From a virus (Duplodnaviria > Caudoviricetes): a stretch of DNA of 51,251 bases. Under the pieces are notes generated by a model. It saw only the letters and a list, made by a program, of their open reading frames with translations, ran no database searches and was not told the DNA's origin. The stretch lies in IMG/VR virus record IMGVR_UViG_3300032069_000017, positions 1-51,251 of that record; one strand, written 5' to 3'. The position numbers and the translations under genes were made by a program. Positions 1 to 9,264 of this stretch are shown here, piece after piece. The stretch's first letter is position 1. Each line of letters starts with the position of its first letter.

Positions 1-127
1 ATCACTACCGAAGGAACAGGCAAATACATACTCATCACTGACAACCGTATCTTTTTAGGTTCAGCATCTCCAGAAGACACACCTGACATCTTTTTTAACG
101 TTGGGGGAAGTCACACAATGACTATGG
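1..127. repeat. Terminal direct repeat (circularity overlap), copy 1
   Basis: 1-127 is identical to 51125-51251. 127 is a common assembler k-mer length. The same sequence also occurs at 10111-10237. Confidence 0.95.
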
Positions 128-372
128 GGGGTTTAGGTGGTGGAGCAGCAATTGATTTTAAAGATACTGCTAACAAGAGACGAGTGAGACTTGACATAAA
201 CAGCAGTGCCATCAAAACTTACAAGACAGACGAAACTGAATTGGGCGGAATAGTCGCTGGTTCAGCGCAAGACCGTCCATGCCTCAAATTCTGGGATGTA
301 ACTAAAAGTGCGTTCTATTACGCTTATCTTGACAACGGTGCATGGGTAATTGCTAACGCTCCACCAACATAG
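1..372 (+). CDS. 3' part of tail spike/receptor-binding protein copy B (continues from 50264 across the contig join)
   Basis: In frame with 50264-51251. The C-terminus is homologous to that of 9265..10482 (…LDNGAWVIANAPPT vs …IDNGAWVISATPPT). Confidence 0.85.
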   Translation: MTTEGTGKYILITDNRIFLGSASPEDTPDIFFNVGGSHTMTMGGLGGGAAIDFKDTANKRRVRLDINSSAIKTYKTDETELGGIVAGSAQDRPCLKFWDVTKSAFYYAYLDNGAWVIANAPPT

Positions 373-382
373 GTGATCATTA

Positions 383-1240
383 ATGGATAAGGCTGTCTTA
401 GGCTACTGTCGTCTCGGATACTTTCGCTTAGGAGTCTTCGACAATACTTGGGATGAACTTGTAAGAACAGTGGAAGGCTCTGGCGCAGTAAGTCTTGATG
501 CTACACGCTTTCGTTTGATGCTGTTTGGAAGAGACGCAACAACTGGATGGTATGAAAAAGCGTATGAAGAAACTGCTATTGAAATCATAGTTTTAACTAA
601 AGCATCTCAGCAATTAGCTTTGAAATGTGGAACCTACGTTATAGGAGACGTATTAGGCTTAACCGTTGATGTTCTCAGAGAAGGCGATAGACTTCGTGTG
701 GGCAACAAATATTACGAGGTTAAAACTGTTAATGAACACTATTTAGGCGACAGTTTTTGTCGTAGAGACTGTGAACTGAGACTTTTGCCTCTTGAATACT
801 TAGTTGGTGACACCTATACGGACAGTGTAGTGGAGGATGCACGGTATAGAATGAAAGTGTTTCTTGAAACCTATTTGGACAGTGCTACTTTACCAAATTT
901 CATTGTTGCTTATGAAAACGCTGATTATCCAATGGTTCGAGTGTTCACTGATAAAGTGGTTGACTTAATATTTTGTGTAGGAACACCTGACAGCACAGCT
1001 TTACCGATTGGCGTAGGCTATGAAGAGAAAGTGCCTATCACTATCTGGTGTGTTGACAAAAGCAACATTTCAGGAACCAAACTGCGTTGGAAAGCTGAAA
1101 CAGAGTTAAGACATATTACTGAAACTTATCCTACTGGTTCACTGCGAACTTTTGAACGTTTAAGCGATAATGAAAAGAATTTGGGAAGCACGGTTCTTTA
1201 CTCAGTGAATTATGTCATGCGATATAAGAGGTATGCTTAA
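383..1240 (+). CDS. Putative fused head-closure (stopper) and tail-terminator protein
   Basis: The N-half has an SPP1 gp16-like pattern (DATTGW…LREGDRLRVGNKYYEVKTV). The C-half resembles tail terminators (VPITIWC…YSVNYVMRY). It lies just before the tail tube gene and has a GGTGA RBS. Confidence 0.6.
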   Translation: MDKAVLGYCRLGYFRLGVFDNTWDELVRTVEGSGAVSLDATRFRLMLFGRDATTGWYEKAYEETAIEIIVLTKASQQLALKCGTYVIGDVLGLTVDVLREGDRLRVGNKYYEVKTVNEHYLGDSFCRRDCELRLLPLEYLVGDTYTDSVVEDARYRMKVFLETYLDSATLPNFIVAYENADYPMVRVFTDKVVDLIFCVGTPDSTALPIGVGYEEKVPITIWCVDKSNISGTKLRWKAETELRHITETYPTGSLRTFERLSDNEKNLGSTVLYSVNYVMRYKRYA

Positions 1241-1434
1241 TGAAAACAGAAGTTAGAGACGGCAAAACCATAACCGTATTCGACAACGTGGAAGAAATGA
1301 AGTGGCACTATCACGCGAGACTATGCAGAAACTCTGCAGACACTTTAGCTCTGTTTATGGTTAACATTCAAGACGTAAAAGAGGCAAATAAATGGCTAAA
1401 AACATTAGATAACCAGTATGAGGTGAAAACGTGA
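1240..1434 (+). CDS. Hypothetical protein in the unit S tail operon
   Basis: Start and stop codons overlap those of the flanking genes. Confidence 0.6.
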   Translation: MKTEVRDGKTITVFDNVEEMKWHYHARLCRNSADTLALFMVNIQDVKEANKWLKTLDNQYEVKT

Positions 1435-1919
1435 CTTTAACACAAGTTAAAACCGAGAAGGTTCAAGGACGCATCAGCAACGTGCATATTGGTTATGATG
1501 CTACGCATGGAGTTGACATTACAAGCGGAATCCTCAGTTTTGAATACAACCGCATCCATGACGCAATACGCAATAAACCCCCAACCGCTGCAACCTCAGC
1601 AACCATAAATTTGCAGCAACCTAGCTTCTTTAATTGGAAGTTGACGTTTCTAAGCGATTGTAGAATAGCCTTTTTTGCTACTGACGTTCAAGTGGCTGCG
1701 GGCAACCAATATGCACTCGTAGACAATGGCTTTTCTAATAAGATAGAATATTTCAAAGTAATCATGGCTATTGAAGATGGCTCTGGAAATCCTAAAACTC
1801 GGACTTACACGATAACAAACGGTTACTGCTTAAGAAATAATGCACGTATCGGCAATGATGATGATGCTCAATATGTGTATGAAGGCGAAGCAGAATACAT
1901 CAGCTATGCAGATACTTAG
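1431..1919 (+). CDS. Putative tail tube protein (unit S)
   Basis: Size, position and beta-rich pattern fit. Aligns with 11064..11519 (NVHIG/DIEIG, GILSF/GIDSI, IEYFKV/VDYFKV, AEYISY/ADRIAY). Confidence 0.6.
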   Translation: MTLTQVKTEKVQGRISNVHIGYDATHGVDITSGILSFEYNRIHDAIRNKPPTAATSATINLQQPSFFNWKLTFLSDCRIAFFATDVQVAAGNQYALVDNGFSNKIEYFKVIMAIEDGSGNPKTRTYTITNGYCLRNNARIGNDDDAQYVYEGEAEYISYADT

Positions 1920-1933
1920 GGGGATGGTGAAAC

Positions 1934-2290
1934 ATGAGTTTGCGTTATGACAACACCACTGTCAAACAACTTATTGACCTTCCTAAACTGATTGAAACTG
2001 TATCGAAAGAATTGTTAGAGGAAAAGACTGAGGAAATGGTTTTAGTAGCTAAAGGCTTATGCCCGGTTCAAACTGGAACACTTCAGAAAACCATTAGGAA
2101 AGAGAGGTCGGGCAATAACATTCTTGTGAGGGCTGGGGGTTTCTATGTTAATCCCCGTTCAAAACGGATATGTGATTATGCTGTGATAGTGGAAATGAAG
2201 ACGGGGTTCATGCGGAGTGCATGGGCTTATGTTTCAAAGGGAATTGAAGAGGAAATCCAAAACCGTGTAAAGGAGAAATCTGGGCAATGA
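1934..2290 (+). CDS. HK97 gp10-like tail completion protein
   Basis: Motif AKGLCPVQTGTLQKTI followed by YAVIVE. Confidence 0.75.
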   Translation: MSLRYDNTTVKQLIDLPKLIETVSKELLEEKTEEMVLVAKGLCPVQTGTLQKTIRKERSGNNILVRAGGFYVNPRSKRICDYAVIVEMKTGFMRSAWAYVSKGIEEEIQNRVKEKSGQ

Positions 2291-2595
2291 GTGAAATGCA
2301 TGATGTCACTTTTAACATTGAATTAGACCTTTCGCAAACTGTGAGTCAGATACGCCAATATGAAATGTTGCTTTATCGTAGTTTAGCTTTAGCGCAACGT
2401 CTCGGGCTTCCAGAAAACATTCAACAACAAATTGCCGAGATTCAACGGTTGACTATGACTATTAGACTGTGCCATACAGCCCTGATATTGCTAGAATCGG
2501 CAAGTGGCCCGGTTGGGTGGGCATTGGCTCTTGTTGCTGCTGGAGGTGCCGCTGTATCAGTCGTTGATTATTTTGATGCGAGCAGGGGAAAATAA
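2287..2595 (+). CDS. Minimal tape-measure-like protein (102 aa)
   Basis: Helical, with a GPVGW motif and a hydrophobic C-terminus. Lies between the tube and hub genes and is homologous to 11524..11970. Confidence 0.55.
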   Translation: MSEMHDVTFNIELDLSQTVSQIRQYEMLLYRSLALAQRLGLPENIQQQIAEIQRLTMTIRLCHTALILLESASGPVGWALALVAAGGAAVSVVDYFDASRGK

Positions 2596-2596
2596 C

Positions 2597-4381
2597 ATGG
2601 TAACATACATGGCTCTTCCGCAAGCGCAATTAACTATTGGGGGAAACGTGTATAACGTTTTAGTTTCTGCTGATGTGACTAGAAACGAAAACGGTTTTGA
2701 TGTAGCCACAATAATCGTTAATGATGAGTTAAGCCAAAATTATCCAACAAACATTGACGCGGGCAAAACTATACTGCTCGAAGTTAAAGACTCTTCAGAT
2801 GGTTCATGGACTACGCTTTTTAATGGTTTAATCCGTTTTTGTCTTCCAAACATTTCAGAGCAAGGCGAATTTTTAACGTTGAAATGTGACGGCACAGGAT
2901 ATGGACTAACAGAAACAAGTTGTAATGAAGAGTATGGAGTGGAAAGTCGCAATACCAGTTTAGACACAATCACGGAGATTATAACGGATGCAAACAAGGG
3001 AATTGGCCCAAAATATGTGAATGGCATCTTAGGCTCTGGAAGCAGTGGCTACGCTTATGATTATTCAAAAGTCGAAGCCATAGCGGGATCAATAAACTTT
3101 GTTTGCAGCCCATACCAACCATGTGACAAATTGATTAATGATTTATGCGATTTAGTCACGGCAATTAGACAAGATGTAGCATACCATCCTGATCATCAAG
3201 GCCCACACTGGATTGTTGACACAAGCGGCAATTTCAGAATGAAACTGATTGGGGTTACTCAAGCGGGGTGGACTCTCTATTATGGTGACAGTCAAGCAAA
3301 TGCTACATTGACACAAGGCATAGATTTTGACTCTTTCAATTTTGAACATCAAGATTCAGAAGCAAACTACATTTTGTATTATGGCACTTTACGCAAGCCC
3401 GCACGTGATTATTGGACTGAAGGACAGTTTGGTATTTGGGGAAAAACTGCTGCAATGGGTTTAAGTGATGAAGCCACAATAAAGAAGGTAGGCACTTCTA
3501 GTCTTAAATGTCTCAGCACTTTAGCGGATGCACAAGCCTATTATCCTTCAGGCAAAAATGCGGGTTGGGACTTCACTAAAATTGGTTCAGCAAAAAATCC
3601 GCCCACATTCAACTTTTACAGTTATGTAGGCGCACTTACTGGTGGGCAAACTGCACGTATTGGATTATACACGGATGGAAGCAACAACGTTCACATTCAT
3701 GTGCAAAATGACACTATAGGCGAGTGGTATCCTCATTCTCTAATTGTTGGGCCATATTATAAACCGCAAGAATGGCACATGGAAGGCACAATAGACTGGG
3801 CAAACATTAATTATATTCTGATATGGCATGCGTTAGCTCTTGATACGACAACGACTTACTGGGATGACATGCACTTTGAAGGGTTAATTTGCCGAGCAGC
3901 CAAAGACTCCACACTTATCGCAGCTGACAAGTTGAAACTTAAAACTATTGTGGATCAAGTGGGCAAAGATGACGTTATGACATTGGCTGACACTGGAACT
4001 ATGGCGCGTCTTTGCGCTTCAGAACTATTTTCGGCAAGAACAAAACCATTAATCGGACAAATTACAACACCCATGATTAAAGAATTGCTTCCGGGGCAAT
4101 ATCTTCACATCCACGCTAAAACTAACAGCACCCCTTCATTTAACATAAATATGGATATGCGCGTAACCAGTTTAAGGCATCATATTGACATTAAAGGATT
4201 AACAACCTCAAGCAATCTTACGAATGACTATATGAATAGTCGCGCACGTGCATCATACAAAAACTATAACACGGTAGCCAGTGCAGTAAGACCTGACTAT
4301 CAAGACCGAAGTGCCACTAGCATAAAAGCGGGAGTCGTAGATATTGATGTGCCGATTTTAGAGGTTGATTATCCAAGTTGA
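2597..4381 (+). CDS. Baseplate hub/tail-tip protein with an inserted carbohydrate-binding-like domain (unit S)
   Basis: Likely start is ATG 2597, after a GGGG RBS. Co-linear homologue of 12821..15196 (ENG, HWI, ANYIL, YWTEG, PGQxxHIHA, PDxQxR). Confidence 0.7.
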   Translation: MVTYMALPQAQLTIGGNVYNVLVSADVTRNENGFDVATIIVNDELSQNYPTNIDAGKTILLEVKDSSDGSWTTLFNGLIRFCLPNISEQGEFLTLKCDGTGYGLTETSCNEEYGVESRNTSLDTITEIITDANKGIGPKYVNGILGSGSSGYAYDYSKVEAIAGSINFVCSPYQPCDKLINDLCDLVTAIRQDVAYHPDHQGPHWIVDTSGNFRMKLIGVTQAGWTLYYGDSQANATLTQGIDFDSFNFEHQDSEANYILYYGTLRKPARDYWTEGQFGIWGKTAAMGLSDEATIKKVGTSSLKCLSTLADAQAYYPSGKNAGWDFTKIGSAKNPPTFNFYSYVGALTGGQTARIGLYTDGSNNVHIHVQNDTIGEWYPHSLIVGPYYKPQEWHMEGTIDWANINYILIWHALALDTTTTYWDDMHFEGLICRAAKDSTLIAADKLKLKTIVDQVGKDDVMTLADTGTMARLCASELFSARTKPLIGQITTPMIKELLPGQYLHIHAKTNSTPSFNINMDMRVTSLRHHIDIKGLTTSSNLTNDYMNSRARASYKNYNTVASAVRPDYQDRSATSIKAGVVDIDVPILEVDYPS

Positions 4382-4548
4382 CAAACTTTAAAGTAATTGC
4401 CCTAATTTTGGTTGTGATGGCTTTTCTAATGTATGGCACAGGTTTAACGTGGCTGTATGAGTTGCATCAGCCTCTAATCGCTTTTCTTGTTTTTTTGCCT
4501 TCAGCTTCCATGCTTGCAGTTACAGCTCTAAAGTTTTTGAGCAGTTAG
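4378..4548 (+). CDS. Small two-TM membrane protein (holin-like position)
   Basis: Read manually: MTNFKVIALILVVMAFLMYGTGLTWLYELHQPLIAFLVFLPSASMLAVTALKFLSS. Its TTG start overlaps the hub stop codon. Confidence 0.5.
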   Translation: MTNFKVIALILVVMAFLMYGTGLTWLYELHQPLIAFLVFLPSASMLAVTALKFLSS

Positions 4549-4581
4549 GCTAGGCTTTTAATGTAATAAAAGGCTACTCTT

Positions 4582-4946
4582 TACGAGATACCTCGTATTC
4601 CCTTATGTATAAGGGAGGGGGGTATCCCCCTACTCTTTCCAGTTGTGCGTGCGCACAACTAACATAGTTACGGCGTAACTATGAACCCCTACTCTCAAAA
4701 GATGAGGAACCTTCAAGTTTTTGAAAGCTTCAATTTTAACTAAGATTCTGAAAAGAAGGTTGCTATAAGCTTAGAAAGTGAGGTTTCAACCTAAAATAAG
4801 CTTCTTTCAACGTTGCCCAAGGGCAACAAATTAGTGTGTTTCAAAGTCTATGCACAGCTTCCACTCTAAATAGGTTCCCCAATATTTTGGGTGAGCTATT
4901 TTGGTTTTAGGCTTAGGCATGGCGACTCATCACAATTAATTGTGAT
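4582..4946. other. Non-coding cluster of inverted repeats (candidate origin, pac or terminator region of unit S)
   Basis: At least seven palindromes or hairpins between the convergent operons. Confidence 0.55.
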
Positions 4947-4963
4947 ATAGCAAATCTTAAACC

Positions 4964-5203
4964 TTACGATTGCTGAAGGCTACCCCTTCCACGACTATCA
5001 AGCAAAACTTCGCCACGTTCAAACTTAACCGCACACAAAACGACACCGTCAAACTGTTTAGAGAGCTCTTCAACGATTTGTTCACGGGATAAAAGATTAA
5101 TGTTTTCAGCTTGAATGCGATCCCTTCGACTCTGATTAAAAACAAGTTTTCGGACAGCTTGACGCTGAAGGCCCTCAGGGCTTCGTTGTCCTCTGTGAGT
5201 CAT
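4964..5203 (-). CDS. Hypothetical protein
   Basis: Last ORF of the minus-strand cluster of unit S. Confidence 0.45.
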   Translation of the reverse strand: MTHRGQRSPEGLQRQAVRKLVFNQSRRDRIQAENINLLSREQIVEELSKQFDGVVLCAVKFERGEVLLDSRGRGSLQQS

Positions 5204-5550
5204 GCTCTAAACATAATTGTTATGTCCATATATGCTTTTCTACATAACGAACCAATACCCATGAAGAAACACCATGCCCTTTCGACCACCATACGCTTTT
5301 CCATAGAAAACTCGAAAAAGCCCATGCCCAAAACCGAAATTAACATCATTTTAGAGCTCTAAAGAGCTCTACAAGGCTTCCGCAAATCAGCCTTCTTTCA
5401 CGAAAACAAGCCATAATCGAGTAGAAAAACTCACTCCATAAATGACTGGGGCCTCATATAAAAACCCTCGAAAATGAACCTTTTAAGGCAAAAGCTTCAC
5501 CAAAACGGTATGTTTAATTATACATCCGATATGTGTTCGATATGTAAATC

Positions 5551-5823
5551 TTACACATTAAGATATGAGGATGGAAAAGCAATTATCAAAACATGTTTAT
5601 TCCGTAAGTATTCAGCTTGGCCCAACGTCATTTCACCTTCAAACAACATGCACCTTTTCCCCGCATACTCGCTGAAGCCACTGGGCAACGAAATTTCTAA
5701 TGTGTCATACTCTCTGTTTTTTGCTTTATGTTTGTGACTTCTAATTTTGCGTATGCCTCTAAGTTGTAGAACAACACTACACTCTTGCAGTGTTGTAGAA
5801 CAACTTTCAGCTTGTTCACTCAT
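5551..5823 (-). CDS. Hypothetical protein, possibly AbrB-like DNA-binding
   Basis: IRKI…TLEISLP pattern; overlaps the stop codon of the MTase gene. Confidence 0.4.
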   Translation of the reverse strand: MSEQAESCSTTLQECSVVLQLRGIRKIRSHKHKAKNREYDTLEISLPSGFSEYAGKRCMLFEGEMTLGQAEYLRNKHVLIIAFPSSYLNV

Positions 5824-6311
5824 TCTGATCCATCCTTAGAAATTTTCATAAAACAAAACCAATAAGTCTTAGAAGCATGTTTACGACTTCCTTCATCACC
5901 TTTAGTGATTTGCCCAAAAAGAGGTTTCTGAGGAAAAAGTGATAAGATACTTGAAACCTTCACACATCTCGCGTTCCACTTGAAAATCAAAACGCCCATG
6001 GGCTTTAACACTCTGAAACATTCTCTTGCGCCTTTACTGATGTCTGATGCCCAGGTTTCAGGCTTCAAAAAACCAAAATCTCTTATGAATTTAGAGTTAG
6101 GATCAGAAGCCTTTTTCCTAATCTCATGCGGAGGATCCCAAACGATTAAGGTGAAAGTGTCATTTTCAAACTCTTTTAAATCTCTAAAATCACCAACAAC
6201 ATCAGGATTACATTCTGGGCGGTTATCCAAATAAATCGTGTTAGGCTGCTGCTTATCAAACCACATCATACGATAGCCAGCGGAAGCATCTAAAATAAAT
6301 TTCTCGCTCAT
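5820..6311 (-). CDS. Small phage-type class I SAM-dependent (amino) methyltransferase
   Basis: ILDASAGYRMMWFDK motif I, DPPH catalytic motif, ECFRVLKPMGVLIFKWN. Confidence 0.85.
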   Translation of the reverse strand: MSEKFILDASAGYRMMWFDKQQPNTIYLDNRPECNPDVVGDFRDLKEFENDTFTLIVWDPPHEIRKKASDPNSKFIRDFGFLKPETWASDISKGARECFRVLKPMGVLIFKWNARCVKVSSILSLFPQKPLFGQITKGDEGSRKHASKTYWFCFMKISKDGSE

Positions 6312-6625
6312 GGAATAATTCCCCTATACTTCAGCCATGCCCTACACAACGCATCAAAATCTTCCACAGCAAAATGCGATTCCACACGATACCAGTCCCG
6401 GCTTTCAGCTTGCCGAAACACGGCCTTAGGTTCTTTAGGTTGAAAAACAATGAGATGCGCCTCTTCACCATATCGATAACTATTAGTCAAATGATCCACA
6501 CAAACCGGGCCATTATACTCAATTTTTAAACTATGGTCAACGGAACAACTGACAGTGATAGGCACTCCACGAAACACATGCTCGATATGTGCGCCTTTAT
6601 AGATTGTAGCCTCAACCATGCCCAT
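6308..6625 (-). CDS. Hypothetical protein
   Basis: Overlaps the MTase start, with a GGTGA-type RBS upstream on the minus strand. Confidence 0.55.
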   Translation of the reverse strand: MGMVEATIYKGAHIEHVFRGVPITVSCSVDHSLKIEYNGPVCVDHLTNSYRYGEEAHLIVFQPKEPKAVFRQAESRDWYRVESHFAVEDFDALCRAWLKYRGIIP

Positions 6626-6732
6626 TCACCTTTTTCGCGTTGCAACTCCTACACCGGGTTGAAGGCTTACCATGCCCCCGGGGCAATGGCACACCACAAT
6701 CTTCGCAAACCCTAAAAGTCTGATGCGCCATT

Positions 6733-7221
<489 letters not shown>

Positions 7222-7293
7222 TTTTCATACAAATCGCATGTTTGGGAGCAGTTTAGGCATGTTGGTTCTAAGTTTGCTTTCACGTTTCAAACT

Positions 7294-7346
7294 TCCTACG
7301 TAGGATATATAGATAGCAAGTGTTATATAACACTTCCTACGTAGGA
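7294..7346. promoter_or_regulatory. Divergent promoter/operator of unit S
   Basis: TCCTACGTAGGA palindromes at 7294-7305 and 7335-7346 flank the perfect palindrome AAGTGTTATATAACACTT (7318-7335), which contains a symmetric TATA box. Confidence 0.75.
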
Positions 7347-7366
7347 GTAGCAAGGAACTGATTAAA

Positions 7367-8101
7367 GTGGCTCACAGTTCTAAAGAATATATGCGAGACT
7401 TTCGTAAGAAACAAAGAGAAGAGGATAAGCAAAAAGAACAGTGGATCAACGAAGCCAAAGACGTTTTAACTGAGTCTTCTGTGGAATTGCTCAGAAAGGT
7501 TATTCAAGAACAAGTCGCGAAGGGGAGAAGTTTAGAGGATGCTGAAGAATTTTATAAGGGTTATGTTTCAGCTGGGATGTGGCAAGAATATTTGGATTCT
7601 AAGGGTTTAGTGGCTAACGCGGGATGGGTTAAAGGTGACGCTGAACTATGCCCTAAATTAGATACTACTCAGCTTCTTGAACGTAGCCAAAAACTGATTG
7701 AAATGAAACTTGCAAGAGACAGCGAAAGAAAAACAGATTCTACACCGAAAATAAAGGATCCGTGGCAATCGTTAGCTATGAAAAGAAGAAAAGAAGCACT
7801 CACATATAAAGCGGTTGACGTTTTAGCCAGTGTTGAAGAAACCGTTAAACACAGCAAAATCCAAACAGATCAGAAACTTCGTGATATTGCCCGGTTAATT
7901 GAGGATGTTAAAAAGTCTGATCCTGAAGGATGGGCCAAAATTCACGATAGGGTGGGAAGAAAAGACGAGTATGCTAAATCAACTGCTATGGATTTGACAG
8001 TCGGCAATCTTTACGGTAAGAGTCCTGATGAGCATGGCAAATCACCTGAGGAAATTAAGGCTATGAGAGAACAGAAAAAGAAGGATGCAGGGCATGAGTG
8101 A
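7367..8101 (+). CDS. Hypothetical charged helical protein
   Basis: Long ORF, first gene after the divergent promoter. Confidence 0.65.
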   Translation: MAHSSKEYMRDFRKKQREEDKQKEQWINEAKDVLTESSVELLRKVIQEQVAKGRSLEDAEEFYKGYVSAGMWQEYLDSKGLVANAGWVKGDAELCPKLDTTQLLERSQKLIEMKLARDSERKTDSTPKIKDPWQSLAMKRRKEALTYKAVDVLASVEETVKHSKIQTDQKLRDIARLIEDVKKSDPEGWAKIHDRVGRKDEYAKSTAMDLTVGNLYGKSPDEHGKSPEEIKAMREQKKKDAGHE

Positions 8102-8323
8102 AAAAAAGATTCCGATAAGTGGCCCTGATGATGTTAACATTAGAACGCATCCTTTAACAAGGCCACGAAAAGTAAAGACGGACACATTGACTAACATACC
8201 TCCTTTGTCCCTGAAGGGGTTTTCATACGTGCGTCAAACACGGTGTTTTACCTTGATGATGGGATGCTCTAAGAAAAAACCGAATCGTAGGATTCAAATA
8301 ATGGTTAAAATTAGGGGTATCAT

Positions 8324-8794
8324 ATGATTCGAGAAACGCTTGAAAGACGCTTAGAAACGAGCAAGCTCTTAGGCCAAGGCTTCAGCAGTGGTGAAGTTGT
8401 TAAGTTTCAAACGGAGAAATGGGATGTTAGCAAGGTTACAATTTACAATGACCTAAAAAGTCTTGGATGGTTAACTCAGCTTTTAGGCTTAAATGATGTT
8501 AAAGTTAACTTCGCAAAAAGCGTGAATAGACATGAATACATGTATAAATCTTCTATGCTGGGTTATTTGACAGCTACAACTGAGAACGGTAAAATAGGCT
8601 TTTTACACATGGCGCATGAAGCACAGAATAGCCTAGATGACCTGTTAGGATTACATGGTTTAGTTGGTAAAGAATTACTTGAACCTGAACCGCCTGGCAC
8701 TCCTAAATATAGTGAAGAGGAAAAACAAGTTCTCGATAAGGCTTGTCGCATAATTAAACAGCATAGATATGAACCGAGGGAGAGTATTCATTAA
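8324..8794 (+). CDS. Terminase small subunit-like protein (N-terminal HTH)
   Basis: ERR…LLGQGFSSGEVV…VSKVTIYNDL HTH, then two helices ending in LLGL. This layout is common in TerS proteins, but no TerL follows. Confidence 0.5.
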   Translation: MIRETLERRLETSKLLGQGFSSGEVVKFQTEKWDVSKVTIYNDLKSLGWLTQLLGLNDVKVNFAKSVNRHEYMYKSSMLGYLTATTENGKIGFLHMAHEAQNSLDDLLGLHGLVGKELLEPEPPGTPKYSEEEKQVLDKACRIIKQHRYEPRESIH

Positions 8795-9105
8795 TGCAAA
8801 AAGTAAATTACGATCCAATAGTCAGCATGTTTGGAATAGACACTTTCCCGTTAAGCGTAGCTCTCCAATCAATCAACGGAATGAGCAAACCCCAAGACTT
8901 AACAATCCTGGTTAATTTAGATTTGAGAGACGGTAATGGTAAGCCTACAATCGAGTTTTTGCACAAACCTGAATCAGTAAGTTTCACTCGTCAAGTAGGC
9001 GATACAACGACTGAAAACTCAACCCTTCGCATAGTTGTCTTAGCAAATAAGAGAGTTGACAGTTTACCCATTCAACAACAAAGAACAACGAGAACATGTA
9101 GGTGA
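8794..9105 (+). CDS. Hypothetical protein
   Basis: Coupled to the upstream gene by TAATG. Confidence 0.55.
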   Translation: MQKVNYDPIVSMFGIDTFPLSVALQSINGMSKPQDLTILVNLDLRDGNGKPTIEFLHKPESVSFTRQVGDTTTENSTLRIVVLANKRVDSLPIQQQRTTRTCR

Positions 9106-9264
9106 AAAACATTGAGGCAATTTTGGAACAGTAACGGCGAGTTAGAAATTCATTGGGACAGCAAAAACGAAATGATAGAGTATTGGATTAGGCGCAAAAG
9201 CGAATTTGACGTTGGGGGACAACAAACTATTCAGATGTTGATTGATTATCAAAAGGTGAAGTAA

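Noticed and set aside
1-127. Biological terminal repeat of a linear genome
   Set aside because: It is exactly 127 bp, lies mid-gene and ends at a repeat branch point, so an assembly overlap explains it better.
128-372. Diversity-generating retroelement (TR/VR pair) between the two spike C-termini (128-372 vs 10238-10482)
   Set aside because: Many of the differences are synonymous, they are not adenine-specific, and no reverse transcriptase is present.
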